Source: an uncultured Bacteroidales bacterium
GTDB lineage: Bacteria > Bacteroidota > Bacteroidia > Bacteroidales > UBA1402
Assembly (NCBI GenBank): GCA_964438045.1
Contig: CAYTIY010000002.1
Span: forward strand, 1 to 44,483
Direction of reading: 5' to 3'
Length of the DNA stretch: 44,483 bases
The notes under the pieces are model-generated. The model saw only the letters and a list, made by a program, of their open reading frames with translations. It was not told where the DNA came from and made no database searches. Positions 20,896-30,992 of this stretch are shown piece after piece (within the stretch, counting starts at the first letter, position 1; the number at the start of each line of letters is the position of its first letter). Position numbers and translations under genes: made by a program.

Positions 20896-23379
20896 ATGCA
20901 TATGACCCCGAAACAAAACAAAGCCCTTGATTGGCTGAACAGTCATACCTTTACCAAACGTTTGACGGCATGGATAATGGCAGCGTGGACCTGGATCATG
21001 CCTTACGCACACCAAGCCCTGGAATACCTGAAACGTCAATGGAAAAGACACGTTGCCTGGTACAAACGATCTCCCTGGTACCTCAAGGGACTGATCATCA
21101 TCGGTGACTTGATTGTGTGTGTTTTTGCCTACCTGATCATGGTTGACCTTAACCTGTTCTGGCTGTTTGGGAAATCGCCCGGACTAATGAGCATCAATAA
21201 TCCCAACCAGGCCTTTTCCACTGAGGTGTATAGCGCTGATGGTCAGCTGATTGGTAAGTATTTTCGCGAGAACCGCACACCGGTTGAATACGATGAGATT
21301 TCACCCATTGTCATTCAAGCGCTGATTTGCACCGAAGACGAACGGTTCTACAAGCATTTTGGTATTGATATTGAAGCACTGTTCGCAGCTGCCAGGGACA
21401 TGACCCAGGGCCGATCGAGGGGTGCCAGCACCATCACCCAGCAGTTGGTCAAGAATATGTTCAAAACCCGCTCCAATTATTCCACCGGTTTGATTGGTAA
21501 AATACCAGGACTCCGCCTCATCATATCAAAAACCAAGGAATGGGTCACATCCATAAAAATTGAGGTATTCTATTCAAAGCAGGAAATCCTCACCATGTAC
21601 TTGAACACCGTCGATTTCGGAAGCAACGCTTACGGCATCAAGACGGCATGCAAGACCTATTTCAGAACCACCCCCGACAAACTTAGGATTGAACAAGCGG
21701 CCATACTGGTTGGATTGCTCAAGGCCACCACAACCTACAACCCACGCATCAATCCTGTCAACAGCAAGAAAAGGCGCAACGTGGTTCTTGATAACCTACT
21801 CAAACATAACCTGCTGACAAAAGCCGAATGCGATTCCTTAAAGAAATTGCCTATTACCCTGGATTACTCGGTTGAGACCTATTCCGATGGGCAGGCTCGT
21901 TACTTTAGAGAGGCCGTGGTTGAATACCTGGAATCGTTCTGTGAACAAAACAACCTGGACCTGTATTCAGACGGTCTGAAAATATATACCACACTGGATA
22001 CCCGGTTGCAGAAATACGCCGAAGATGCCGTTACCAAACAAATGCGTCGTTTGCAACAACAATTTGAGAATCACTGGGGAAAAACCAATCCCTGGCAGGA
22101 TGAGATGCATCAGGAAATTCCGGGTTTCATTGAAAGCATTGCTAAAAAGACACCCCTGTACAAGCATCTGAAGAAGCGGTATTCTAATCAACCTGACTCC
22201 ATCGATTATTACCTGAACAAACCCCACAAAGTAAACGTATTCGATTACAAGAATGGCTCGAAGGAAATGGTCATGAGCACTATGGACTCAATCCGCTACA
22301 TGGTTCGGTTCATGCACTGCGGTTTTCTGGCCATGGAGCCACAGAATGGAAACGTCAAAGCATGGGTGGGCGACATCGATTATCAATTCTGGCAATACGA
22401 CAAGGTATTATCCAAGCGGCAACCCGGATCAACCTTCAAACTTTTTGTCTATTCGGAGGCTTTCAACAAGGGACTGGGACCCTGCGACTACCGCATCGAC
22501 CAACCCATATCCTGGGATCTTGAACCGTTTGGTGACACCACCGTTTGGCAGCCAGGCAATGCCACCGGTTACTTCAGTGGAGCCGAAATGACGTTGAAAT
22601 ATGCCTTTGCGCGATCCATCAACAGCGTCGCCGTCCAGGTGGCCAAGGAAGCCGGCATTCGCAACATCATCCGGACGGCCCATGCCATGGGCATCAAGTC
22701 TGAATTGGAGGAAACGCCCTCTGTCAGTCTGGGTTCATCGGATGTTTCATTACTGGAGTTGGTTAACAGCTACTGCACCGTAATTAACGAAGGTATGATG
22801 CAGGAACCCGTACTGGTGACACGTATTGAAGACAGCAAGGGCAACATTATTTACCAACACACTCCGGAAGTCAAACAAGCTTTGCCGTATGAGACAGCTT
22901 ACCTCATGACGCAAATGTTGCTGGCCGGTTTGACAGAACCGGGAGGCACCACTCAGAACCTATGGTCCTGGGATCTTTTCAAGTATGGCACCGATTTTGG
23001 CGGAAAGACCGGTACGTCGTCCAATCACTCGGATGCATGGTTTGTGGGTGTGACCCCCAATCTGGTGGGCGGAGCCTGGGTAGGTGGTGAATACCGCAGC
23101 ATCCACTTCCGGACAGGCAGTCTGGGAGAAGGCAGCAAAACTGCGCTTCCGGTCTTCGGCTATTTTATGGAAAAAGTGCTGGCAGACGAGAGCCTGAGTC
23201 GTTACAGAGCCAAGTTCCCTTCACCCAAGAAACCCATTTCCAAGCCATATACCTGCCAAACTCCCTATCCCAAAAAGGACAGCACTGAACTGGAGGGATC
23301 CGCTACAGACAGTACAGTCGAAATTTCAGTAGGAGTGGAAGTTCCTATTTCGGAAACTGATGACGATATGCAGTTCTGA
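20896..23379 (+). CDS. mrcA: Class A penicillin-binding protein (glycosyltransferase GT51 + transpeptidase), PBP1A-like
   Basis: GT51 motifs 'TEDERFYKHFGID' and 'GASTITQQLVKN'. Transpeptidase motifs 'PGSTFKLFVY' (SxxK), 'SINS' (SxN) and 'GKTGTS' (KTG). There is an N-terminal cytoplasmic tail and a TM segment. Confidence 0.93.
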   Translation: MHMTPKQNKALDWLNSHTFTKRLTAWIMAAWTWIMPYAHQALEYLKRQWKRHVAWYKRSPWYLKGLIIIGDLIVCVFAYLIMVDLNLFWLFGKSPGLMSINNPNQAFSTEVYSADGQLIGKYFRENRTPVEYDEISPIVIQALICTEDERFYKHFGIDIEALFAAARDMTQGRSRGASTITQQLVKNMFKTRSNYSTGLIGKIPGLRLIISKTKEWVTSIKIEVFYSKQEILTMYLNTVDFGSNAYGIKTACKTYFRTTPDKLRIEQAAILVGLLKATTTYNPRINPVNSKKRRNVVLDNLLKHNLLTKAECDSLKKLPITLDYSVETYSDGQARYFREAVVEYLESFCEQNNLDLYSDGLKIYTTLDTRLQKYAEDAVTKQMRRLQQQFENHWGKTNPWQDEMHQEIPGFIESIAKKTPLYKHLKKRYSNQPDSIDYYLNKPHKVNVFDYKNGSKEMVMSTMDSIRYMVRFMHCGFLAMEPQNGNVKAWVGDIDYQFWQYDKVLSKRQPGSTFKLFVYSEAFNKGLGPCDYRIDQPISWDLEPFGDTTVWQPGNATGYFSGAEMTLKYAFARSINSVAVQVAKEAGIRNIIRTAHAMGIKSELEETPSVSLGSSDVSLLELVNSYCTVINEGMMQEPVLVTRIEDSKGNIIYQHTPEVKQALPYETAYLMTQMLLAGLTEPGGTTQNLWSWDLFKYGTDFGGKTGTSSNHSDAWFVGVTPNLVGGAWVGGEYRSIHFRTGSLGEGSKTALPVFGYFMEKVLADESLSRYRAKFPSPKKPISKPYTCQTPYPKKDSTELEGSATDSTVEISVGVEVPISETDDDMQF

Positions 23380-23418
23380 CCACATCGGCGCATTGATTGG
23401 TGCCGGCATGGTAAGGAA

Positions 23419-24321
23419 TCAAACCGGGTTGTTTCTCGGATGAAACGACAGCACCTGCTCCCTGAGAAAAGTCTTGTCCATGTGGGTGTAGATCTCGGTG
23501 GTCTGTATGCTCTCATGACCCAACATTTGCTGAATGATGCGTAAATTCGCCCCTCCTTCCAGCAAGTGCGTTGCAAAAGAATGCCTGAACGTGTGGGGGC
23601 TAATGGTTCGTTGAATGCCAGCAATGGCAGCTTGTGTCTGAACGATGCGAAATATCATGGATCGAGTAAGGGCAAATCCATTCCTGTTCAAAAAGACAAA
23701 ATCCTCCTGTCCTTTTCCAATAGGCCATTTATTCCGCTGATCCATCCACAAATCTATTTCATCAATGGCACGTCGGGAAATGGGGACCAACCTCTGCTTG
23801 CCTCCCTTCCCTTCCACTTGAACGAATTCATCATTGACATGACAACAAGACAATTTCAGATTGATTAGTTCAGAAACGCGCAATCCGCAACTGTACAGTG
23901 TTTCCAGAATGGCCCTGTTCCGTTGACCCTCTTTTTTGGAAAGATCTACCCCTTGTATCATCTCGTCTATTTCATCCAAACTCAACACCTCGGGAAGGTG
24001 ACGTCCCATCGTAGGTGCATCAATCCGCTCGGTCGGATCTTTCTGAACCACATCTTCAATGACAAGGAAACCAAAAAAAGATTTCAGCCCTGACAATATA
24101 CGTGCCTGTGATCTGGCGTGAATGCCCAGATCCCTGAGTTGTGCAAAAAATGTTTCCAACATCGGCGAAGAGACCAATGTCACGGGAATCTCGTCACTCA
24201 CGTATTCAATCAATTTGCCGACATCTTTCAGGTACGCCTCAATCGTATTTGCCGAAAGTGCCTTTTCCAGCCTCAGGTAAGCCGTGTATTTTTTTAACCA
24301 TATCAGATCCTCTGGTCGCAT
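23419..24321 (-). CDS. xerD: Tyrosine site-specific recombinase XerD-like (chromosome dimer resolution type)
   Basis: SAM-like N-terminal domain 'YLRLEKALSANTIEAYLKD'. Catalytic region 'LETLYSCGLRVSEL', 'HTFRHSFATHLLEGGANLRIIQQMLGHESIQTTEIYTH'. Start trimmed to the ATG at 24321. Confidence 0.88.
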   Translation of the reverse strand: MRPEDLIWLKKYTAYLRLEKALSANTIEAYLKDVGKLIEYVSDEIPVTLVSSPMLETFFAQLRDLGIHARSQARILSGLKSFFGFLVIEDVVQKDPTERIDAPTMGRHLPEVLSLDEIDEMIQGVDLSKKEGQRNRAILETLYSCGLRVSELINLKLSCCHVNDEFVQVEGKGGKQRLVPISRRAIDEIDLWMDQRNKWPIGKGQEDFVFLNRNGFALTRSMIFRIVQTQAAIAGIQRTISPHTFRHSFATHLLEGGANLRIIQQMLGHESIQTTEIYTHMDKTFLREQVLSFHPRNNPV

Positions 24322-24346
24322 ACTATGCCTTTTTAAAAATAATCCG

Positions 24347-24354
24347 TACCTTTG
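24347..24354 (+). promoter_or_regulatory. Candidate -7 box (TACCTTTG) for the aroQ-pyk array
   Basis: TACCTTTG matches TAnnTTTG in the xerD/aroQ divergent spacer, 100 nt upstream of the aroQ ATG. On the opposite strand, TACTTTTG at 24431-24438 is a possible xerD -7 box. Confidence 0.3.
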
Positions 24355-24454
24355 TACCGATGAAATTTGCGATTTCCTCTCCCACGTCTCAAGTAGTGGA
24401 TCCCATTCCAGGATGGCAAAACCGCTTGGGCAAAAGTACAAAAAAGGCTGCATC

Positions 24455-24886
24455 ATGATTCGAATTGCCATCATAAACGGTCCCAACCTCAATCTACTGG
24501 GGAAACGCGAGCCTGGAATTTATGGTAACCAGTCGTTTGAATCGTATTTTGAGGTATTAAAAACAGATTACCCCAATATTATCTTTGACTACTATCAATC
24601 AAACCATGAAGGTGATTTGATTGATAAAATACAGGCTATCGGCTTTGACTATGATGGCATTGTCCTGAATGCGGGAGGGTACACCCATACCTCCATTGCG
24701 CTGGGCGACTGCATCAGAGCGGTCACAACCCCTGTTATTGAAGTCCATATCTCCGACTTGAGCAAAAGGGAACCATTTCGTCAAATCTCAATGATTGAAT
24801 CGGCGTGCAAGGCAACGTTCGCCGGCTTCGGCATGGAATCATACCGTAAGGGCGTAGAGGCTCTTTTGGCATTGAAACGTATTTAA
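24455..24886 (+). CDS. aroQ: Type II 3-dehydroquinate dehydratase
   Basis: 'INGPNLNLLGKREPGIYG', 'SNHEGDLID', and 'LNAGGYTHTSIAL...IEVHISD'. Start trimmed to the ATG at 24455. Confidence 0.95.
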   Translation: MIRIAIINGPNLNLLGKREPGIYGNQSFESYFEVLKTDYPNIIFDYYQSNHEGDLIDKIQAIGFDYDGIVLNAGGYTHTSIALGDCIRAVTTPVIEVHISDLSKREPFRQISMIESACKATFAGFGMESYRKGVEALLALKRI

Positions 24887-24893
24887 CCAACAT

Positions 24894-26354
24894 ATGACCA
24901 AACATACAAAGATCGTCGCCACCATATCCGACAAACGGTGCGACGTAGAATTTATCAAAGCCTTATTCGAGGCAGGAATGAACGTAGTGCGAATGAACTC
25001 CGCCCATTTGAGTGAGGAGGGTTTTGCAACAATCATCAACAACGTCAGAGCGGTCTCACCTGAAATTGGCATCCTGATGGATACAAAAGGACCTGAAATC
25101 AGGACAACTTCCAACTTAGAGGACAAAAACATCGCAATCAAGACCGGAGATATTTTGCGCTTTGTTGGCAATCCGGATCAGATAACAACGTCCGATTGCA
25201 TCAGCTGCACCTATCCCAATCTTGTCAACGACATCAAACCCGGAACCGACCTGTTGATCGATGACGGAGAAATCGACCTCAAGGTGGTGGAAAAAACCAA
25301 TGAATACCTGGTGTGTGAAGCACAAAACGATGGCGTTATGGGTAGCCGAAAAAGCATCAATATCCCTGGTGTCCGCATCAATCTTCCCTCTCTGACGGAA
25401 AAAGACAAGAAAAACATTTTGTTGGCTATCGACTATGGTGTCGACTTCATCGCACACTCCTTCGTGCGCAGCAAACAAGACGTACTTGCCATTCAGGAAA
25501 TTCTCGATGACAATGTGAGTCCCATCAAGATCATCGCCAAGATAGAGAACCAGGAAGGGGTGGACAACATCGATGAAATACTGGAAATCGCCTACGGTGT
25601 GATGGTGGCCCGAGGCGACCTGGGCATCGAAGTGGCTCAGGAAAAAATTCCCGCCATCCAGCGAATGCTCATCCGCAAATGTGTAGAAGCCAAGAAGCCC
25701 GTCATTGTGGCCACTCAGATGTTGCACTCCATGATTGAACACCCGCGCCCCACCCGCGCCGAAGTGACCGACATCGCCAATGCCATCTACTACCGCACGG
25801 ATGCCTTGATGCTGAGTGGAGAAACCGCTTATGGAAAATACCCGCTTGAGGCCGTTCAAACCATGTCTAAAATTGCTGAGGAAGCTGAAAAATCAAAAGT
25901 CAGTGCCAACGACATCACGGTTCCGTTCGAAGGTGAACTCGATGCTACCGCCTTTTTGGCCCAACAGGCAGTCAACGCCTCAGCGGTGTTGAAGTCGGCC
26001 GCCATCGTAACTGATTCCTATACAGGCACCACAGCCAGATACATCGCCGCATTCCGTGGAAAAAATCCGGTGTACGCCATTTGCTACCGTGAACGAACTG
26101 TCAGGCAACTGGCTCTCTCCTACGGCGTATTCCCCATCTACCAGGAAATTCGTAAAAACACCCGCATCTACCTGGTATCGGCTTTGCGCATGCTCAAACA
26201 ACGCGAGTTGCTGCACAGCGAGGACAGGATCATCTACCTGAGCAGCAGCTTCGGCGTGGCAGGTGGCACCACCTTTCTGGAGGTGAACCATGTGGATACC
26301 GTCATCAACAACGCCGACCATTTCCTGCTGCCGAACTTTCCCGGTGCTGAATAA
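24894..26354 (+). CDS. pyk: Pyruvate kinase
   Basis: 'TKIVATI', 'GMNVVRMNSAH', 'DTKGPEIRT', 'MVARGDLGIE', 'VIVATQMLHSM', and 'DALMLSGETA'. Confidence 0.97.
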   Translation: MTKHTKIVATISDKRCDVEFIKALFEAGMNVVRMNSAHLSEEGFATIINNVRAVSPEIGILMDTKGPEIRTTSNLEDKNIAIKTGDILRFVGNPDQITTSDCISCTYPNLVNDIKPGTDLLIDDGEIDLKVVEKTNEYLVCEAQNDGVMGSRKSINIPGVRINLPSLTEKDKKNILLAIDYGVDFIAHSFVRSKQDVLAIQEILDDNVSPIKIIAKIENQEGVDNIDEILEIAYGVMVARGDLGIEVAQEKIPAIQRMLIRKCVEAKKPVIVATQMLHSMIEHPRPTRAEVTDIANAIYYRTDALMLSGETAYGKYPLEAVQTMSKIAEEAEKSKVSANDITVPFEGELDATAFLAQQAVNASAVLKSAAIVTDSYTGTTARYIAAFRGKNPVYAICYRERTVRQLALSYGVFPIYQEIRKNTRIYLVSALRMLKQRELLHSEDRIIYLSSSFGVAGGTTFLEVNHVDTVINNADHFLLPNFPGAE

Positions 26355-26365
26355 CGGGAGCGGCC

Positions 26366-26998
26366 ATGGATGAATTGCTGGAACAATATTTACTAGACCA
26401 TTCCGACAAGGAGCCCCTTCTGTTGCAACGGATAAACCGGGAAACCAGGCTCAGGTTACTGAATGGGAGAATGGTTTCCGGTCACCTGCAAGGACGTCTA
26501 TTGGTCATGCTATCTCGAATGATACGACCAAGAAAAGTGCTGGAATTGGGAACATTCACCGGTTACTCTGCTCTGTGCCTGGCAGAAGGGACAGACACAA
26601 CGACCGAGATTCACACCATTGAACACAACGACGAATTGGAAGAAACCATCCGATATTGGTTCTCTCAGTCTGAAAACGGTCATCGCATACACCTTCATAT
26701 TGGCGAGGCCTTAGAGGTCATACCCTCCCTTGACGGGCCCTTCGATTTGGTCTATATGGACTTGGATAAACGGGATTATCAGGCCTGTTTTGAAGCTGTC
26801 AGGCCTTTGATCCCTACCGGTGGATTCATACTGGTGGACAACACCCTATGGGGTGGAAAAATACTGGAACCCATAGCCCGCTATGACGGGCAAAGCCTTG
26901 CAATATCCAAATTTAACGAGTACATTGCCAACGATTCCAGCCTGGAAAAAGTCATGCTTCCCATCCGGGATGGACTCACCCTAATCCGAAAAAAATAA
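26366..26998 (+). CDS. Class I SAM-dependent O-methyltransferase (caffeoyl-CoA OMT / YrrM-like family)
   Basis: 'VLELGTFTGYSALCLAEG' (motif I), 'FDLVYMDLDKRDY' and 'GGFILVDNTLWGG', typical of family 3 O-methyltransferases. Confidence 0.85.
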   Translation: MDELLEQYLLDHSDKEPLLLQRINRETRLRLLNGRMVSGHLQGRLLVMLSRMIRPRKVLELGTFTGYSALCLAEGTDTTTEIHTIEHNDELEETIRYWFSQSENGHRIHLHIGEALEVIPSLDGPFDLVYMDLDKRDYQACFEAVRPLIPTGGFILVDNTLWGGKILEPIARYDGQSLAISKFNEYIANDSSLEKVMLPIRDGLTLIRKK

Positions 26999-27002
26999 CC
27001 AA

Positions 27003-27350
27003 ATGGATACTACCAGACAACAAAAAATAAACCGGTTGCTGCAGAAAGAACTCAGCGAAGTCTTTCTGGTGATGACCCGTACCTCACAAGGCATGCTGAT
27101 TACGGTCAGCCATGTAAAAGTCAGCCCCGATCTGAGCACAGCCCGTGTTTACCTCAGCATTTTTCCAAGCGAACATGGTACCTCCGTACTTAAAACCGTA
27201 CAACAACAGACCAAGGTCATCAAGCACGATTTAGCGGCCAGGCTCCGATTCCAACTCAGAAGGATGCCAGAGTTGTCTTTCTTCCTGGATGATTCATTGG
27301 ATTATGCCGAAAATATCGACAACCTGCTGAACAAAATCAATTCACGCTAA
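27003..27350 (+). CDS. rbfA: Ribosome-binding factor A
   Basis: 115-aa protein with 'RQQKINRLLQKELSEVF', 'VSHVKVSPDLSTARVYLS', and 'ELSFFLDDSLDYAENIDNLL'. Confidence 0.92.
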   Translation: MDTTRQQKINRLLQKELSEVFLVMTRTSQGMLITVSHVKVSPDLSTARVYLSIFPSEHGTSVLKTVQQQTKVIKHDLAARLRFQLRRMPELSFFLDDSLDYAENIDNLLNKINSR

Positions 27351-27360
27351 CTCAACTGCG

Positions 27361-28608
27361 GTGAATCTGCCCTATTTCATAGCTCGTCGGTACCTGTTTT
27401 CCAAAAAAACACACAACGCCATCAATCTGGTATCCATGGTCTCGGTGTTTGGCGTCATGGTTGCCGTGGCGGCCCTGGTCGTCACCCTGTCTGTTTACAA
27501 TGGCTTTCAGGATTTACTGAAGAACTTGTACAGCAATTTCGACCCCCAAATCAAGATCAAGGTAAGAGAGGGTAAGACGTTCATACCCCACAGTGATGCA
27601 TTTCATGCCATAAAAACCGACAACGACGTAGCGGAATATTGCGAAACACTGGAAGAAAATGCACTGATTATTTATAAAGATGCACAAACCAGTGCCGTGA
27701 TCAAGGGTGTGGACGATTCTTTCAGTCGGTTGACCCGCATTGACAGTTTGATGCTGGCAGGTACCTTCAAACTGAAGGAGTATGATTTCAATTACGCGAC
27801 TTTGGGTGTTGGACTGGCTTCCGTGCTGGGAACAGGCAATTCATTCATCGATCCGGTCACCATCCATGTTCCAAAACGAACAGGCACCATCAACCTGGCC
27901 AACCCGGTGGCCTCCTTCAAACCCTATCAGGTCCTGGTTGGCGGAACATTCGGTATCAACCAGCCCGAATACGACAACAACTTAGTCATAGTTCCCCTCT
28001 CACTGGCGCGCGAACTATTCGAATACACGGATGAAGTGACAGCCATTGAAATCAAATTGAACGAAGGAGTAAATCCGAAAAAAGTCATTACACGGTTCAA
28101 ACACGTGTTGGGCAAAGACTACGATGTTCAAGGCCTGATGGAACAAAAAGCTGATTTTTACCGGGTGAACCGCATAGAAAAATGGATGACCTACCTGATG
28201 TTGTCCTTCATTCTGCTCATCGCATTGTTCAATGTGGTCGGTTCCCTGTCTATGTTGATATTGGAAAAAAGAAAAGACGCCATGACGCTGAACGAACTGG
28301 GAGCAGATCAAGCGTTCATTCGTCGGATTTTCCTTACCGAAGGACGACTGATTGCTCTTTCAGGAGCTGTATTGGGCATCATCATCGGCACCGTGGTCTG
28401 CCTGTTGCAACAACACCTGGGGCTATTGAAACTGGGCGGCGGCGGAAATTACATTGTGGAGGCCTATCCGGTCAAATTGCAGTTTCTTGACCTGTTGGTT
28501 GTTTTTGTCACGACTTTAATCATCAGTCTGCCAGCAACCTGGTGGCCGGTACACCTATATTTCAACCGTAAGTCTGAGTGGAAACATGAAACAATTTCCC
28601 AACCTTGA
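27361..28608 (+). CDS. FtsX-like ABC transporter permease, LolC/LolE (lipoprotein release) type
   Basis: 'YFIARRYLFSKK', a large periplasmic loop, and the C-terminal FtsX domain 'ILEKRKDAMTLNELGADQAFIRRIFLTEG'. It appears to start at a GTG (27361). Confidence 0.85.
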   Translation: MNLPYFIARRYLFSKKTHNAINLVSMVSVFGVMVAVAALVVTLSVYNGFQDLLKNLYSNFDPQIKIKVREGKTFIPHSDAFHAIKTDNDVAEYCETLEENALIIYKDAQTSAVIKGVDDSFSRLTRIDSLMLAGTFKLKEYDFNYATLGVGLASVLGTGNSFIDPVTIHVPKRTGTINLANPVASFKPYQVLVGGTFGINQPEYDNNLVIVPLSLARELFEYTDEVTAIEIKLNEGVNPKKVITRFKHVLGKDYDVQGLMEQKADFYRVNRIEKWMTYLMLSFILLIALFNVVGSLSMLILEKRKDAMTLNELGADQAFIRRIFLTEGRLIALSGAVLGIIIGTVVCLLQQHLGLLKLGGGGNYIVEAYPVKLQFLDLLVVFVTTLIISLPATWWPVHLYFNRKSEWKHETISQP

Positions 28609-30877
28609 CACCATTGGAAAAAGAAGCTTTCTTCGCATAATTCCATTGATCGGTTTGGTCGTTTCCCTGGCCATACCCTCCCATGGTCAGGTCTCGTTTG
28701 GAGGAGCCCCTCTTTCATATCAGGCGGAAAAACAAACTGCCATCGCCTCTGTCGTGGATTACATGACTGAACTTCCTGCCATTAACACCGACTCCCTGCT
28801 GGCAATCGACGCTTTACCCGGTAACCGAGTCGGGGGCATCAAATTTGCCCACACCTTCTTCACCAACTTGTCTCCTGAAAACTCCGGGGTCACATTCACC
28901 ACAAAAGATGGAATAAGGGTATGGAAAGTTGGAGTCCGCTCACCGGGTGCTTTTAGCCTGAATGTATTGTTCAGCGAATTTTTACTTCCTGATGGCGCTG
29001 CCGTTTATCTTTACAATAAGGATCGTTCGTGTGTTTTGGGAGCATTTACCAGTAAAAACAGGCCAAAGGGTGGCGAGCTGAGCGTATCTCCTGTGGAGGG
29101 AGAGGAGTTGACCATTGAATATCACGAGCCGGTGAATGCTTCGTTCAGAGGCACCATCCGTATCACGGAAGTCAACCACGATTACCTGGGGCTTTTTCGG
29201 GTAGGAACTCGTTTCAATCAACTGAACCTGCCCTGCCTGCCCAACGCATCTTGCGACGCTGCCTATGACCAACTTTCGAAAAGCACCTGCCTGCTCATCA
29301 TCAATGGGAACACCTATTGTACAGGAACGTTGTTGAACAATACGACACAAGATGGAAGGCCTTACCTGCTAACAGCCTCACATTGCCTGCAAAACAATCC
29401 TTCCCTGGGCAGCCGCGTGGTGGCCTTTCTCAATTACCAATCCCCACGTTGCAAACAAAACATCAGAGGGTCTGAGGAGTTTTCGGTTTCAGGTTCCACT
29501 ACAAGAGCTTTAAGCAACGAAATTGACTTTGCCCTGCTAGAGCTGGATGAACTGCCTCCGCCCGATTACAGGCCTTATCTGGCAGGGTGGTCCACAGACA
29601 CCCTTGTCACACAGGCTCCCTATGTGAGCCTTCATTACCCGAGAGGTGAGGTATTGAAATACGCCCTGGAAGAAAACACCCCGAAACCAATAGACTGGAG
29701 TGGAACAAAAGATGGCATTGAGGCAAACAACCACTGGCTTGTGGAAAGATGGGAGAAAGGTCACACCTGGTACGGTTCGTCCGGAGCCCCCCTTTTCGAC
29801 AACAACCAACGATTGGTCGGTGCCATGACTGGAGGCGATTCAGGAGGCGAGAACGGCTGTGACACCCTATACACGGGAGACTTCTTTTTTCGTTTCAATC
29901 GGGCCTGGGACTTTTTTTCTGATTCAACGAAACAACTTAAGCATTGGCTTGCCCCAGGAATTCCAGACGACAGCCACGATGTGCTTCGTTTAAACGGTTG
30001 TGATCCTTATGCACACAACCCGGCAGTACGGCTTACCAATATCGCCGAGAATGACACACTGGGAGCCTTGATGGTGGCATCTCCAGGTAAAGGCTCACTG
30101 GTTGGCCAGAACAATTTCGGAACCAGCGAATACGCTGAACATTTCACAACCGATTCAACCTGCTACCTTCAAGGCGTATATCTAATGGTTTACAAAGGCA
30201 TGTATAACAATGAGTCTCCTGTTGTTGTTTCGATTTACGCAGGAGGCGACAAGCCAGGTGCACTGTTGGAAAGGGCAACCCTCAATCTGTCTTACAAAGA
30301 CTATGCTTCCGGACGGTTCATCCGTATTACAAAAACAAACTATGCCCATGCTGAAAACTATTTACGGTTTAATAATCCCGTCGATGTAGGCAACGATTTC
30401 TACATTTCATACCGGGTTGACAACACCATCAGTCAAAGTGACTCGTTTTATGTTTATGCGGCCCTACGCGAACAGACAAGCTTCAATACGAGTTGGTTTG
30501 CCTCTGATGTGGACTGGCTGCCGTTTTCCGAACACATTTACCAACCCGTCAATACATCACTCTGGATAGAGCCGATCGTATTCAACGACACCTTGCCGGG
30601 CGGGAACGGAACAGGATCGAATAACGATACACTACAACCCGGTGAACCACAGCTTTATTGTTCCATGATGAGTGGCAGGGCAACCATCCAGTTTCCTGAA
30701 TATTGGACAGGCGAAACCACTATTGTTATATACGACCTGACTGGAAGACGACTGTATACCCAAAAGGGAATGCCACCTTCCTTTTCCCTTGATTTCAACC
30801 CTTCCAGGCGACAATTATACCTTTTACGGGTAAGTTCATTCAATCGTGTCAGCATTCTTAGGCTTTATGTGCCTTGA
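28586..30877 (+). CDS. Secreted trypsin-fold (S1) serine endopeptidase with a T9SS C-terminal sorting domain
   Basis: Signal peptide. Catalytic triad contexts 'LLTASHC' (His), 'DFALLEL' (Asp) and 'GSSGAPLF' (Ser). There is a ~250-aa uncharacterised beta-rich region. The last ~75 aa (about nt 30647-30874), '...TIVIYDLTGRRLYTQ...LYLLRVSS...ILRLYVP', look like a Por/T9SS CTD. Confidence 0.8.
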   Translation: MKQFPNLDTIGKRSFLRIIPLIGLVVSLAIPSHGQVSFGGAPLSYQAEKQTAIASVVDYMTELPAINTDSLLAIDALPGNRVGGIKFAHTFFTNLSPENSGVTFTTKDGIRVWKVGVRSPGAFSLNVLFSEFLLPDGAAVYLYNKDRSCVLGAFTSKNRPKGGELSVSPVEGEELTIEYHEPVNASFRGTIRITEVNHDYLGLFRVGTRFNQLNLPCLPNASCDAAYDQLSKSTCLLIINGNTYCTGTLLNNTTQDGRPYLLTASHCLQNNPSLGSRVVAFLNYQSPRCKQNIRGSEEFSVSGSTTRALSNEIDFALLELDELPPPDYRPYLAGWSTDTLVTQAPYVSLHYPRGEVLKYALEENTPKPIDWSGTKDGIEANNHWLVERWEKGHTWYGSSGAPLFDNNQRLVGAMTGGDSGGENGCDTLYTGDFFFRFNRAWDFFSDSTKQLKHWLAPGIPDDSHDVLRLNGCDPYAHNPAVRLTNIAENDTLGALMVASPGKGSLVGQNNFGTSEYAEHFTTDSTCYLQGVYLMVYKGMYNNESPVVVSIYAGGDKPGALLERATLNLSYKDYASGRFIRITKTNYAHAENYLRFNNPVDVGNDFYISYRVDNTISQSDSFYVYAALREQTSFNTSWFASDVDWLPFSEHIYQPVNTSLWIEPIVFNDTLPGGNGTGSNNDTLQPGEPQLYCSMMSGRATIQFPEYWTGETTIVIYDLTGRRLYTQKGMPPSFSLDFNPSRRQLYLLRVSSFNRVSILRLYVP

Positions 30878-30945
30878 AAAAGCTTAAACGGTGTTAACAT
30901 TTCAGGATAATGAAAGGCCTAGGTTTCAATATTTCAAATATTTTG

Positions 30946-30953
30946 TATTTTTG
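30946..30953 (+). promoter_or_regulatory. Candidate -7 box (TATTTTTG) for the TPR lipoprotein gene
   Basis: TATTTTTG matches TAnnTTTG, 39 nt upstream of the ATG at 30993. Confidence 0.4.
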
Positions 30954-30992
30954 TACGAACATCGACATTGATTAACCATAAACAATACGAAC

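Noticed and set aside
23419-24321. The tyrosine recombinase as a marker of an integrative mobile element.
   Set aside because: Its sequence and size fit housekeeping XerD. It is flanked by core genes (PBP1A and aroQ), with no adjacent tRNA, repeats, excisionase or cargo.
25116-25859. A 247-aa ORF antisense to pyruvate kinase.
   Set aside because: It lies entirely inside, and antisense to, a very well supported pyk CDS. Its composition (His/Gly/Asp/Val-rich, no motifs) is typical of a shadow ORF in the complementary frame.
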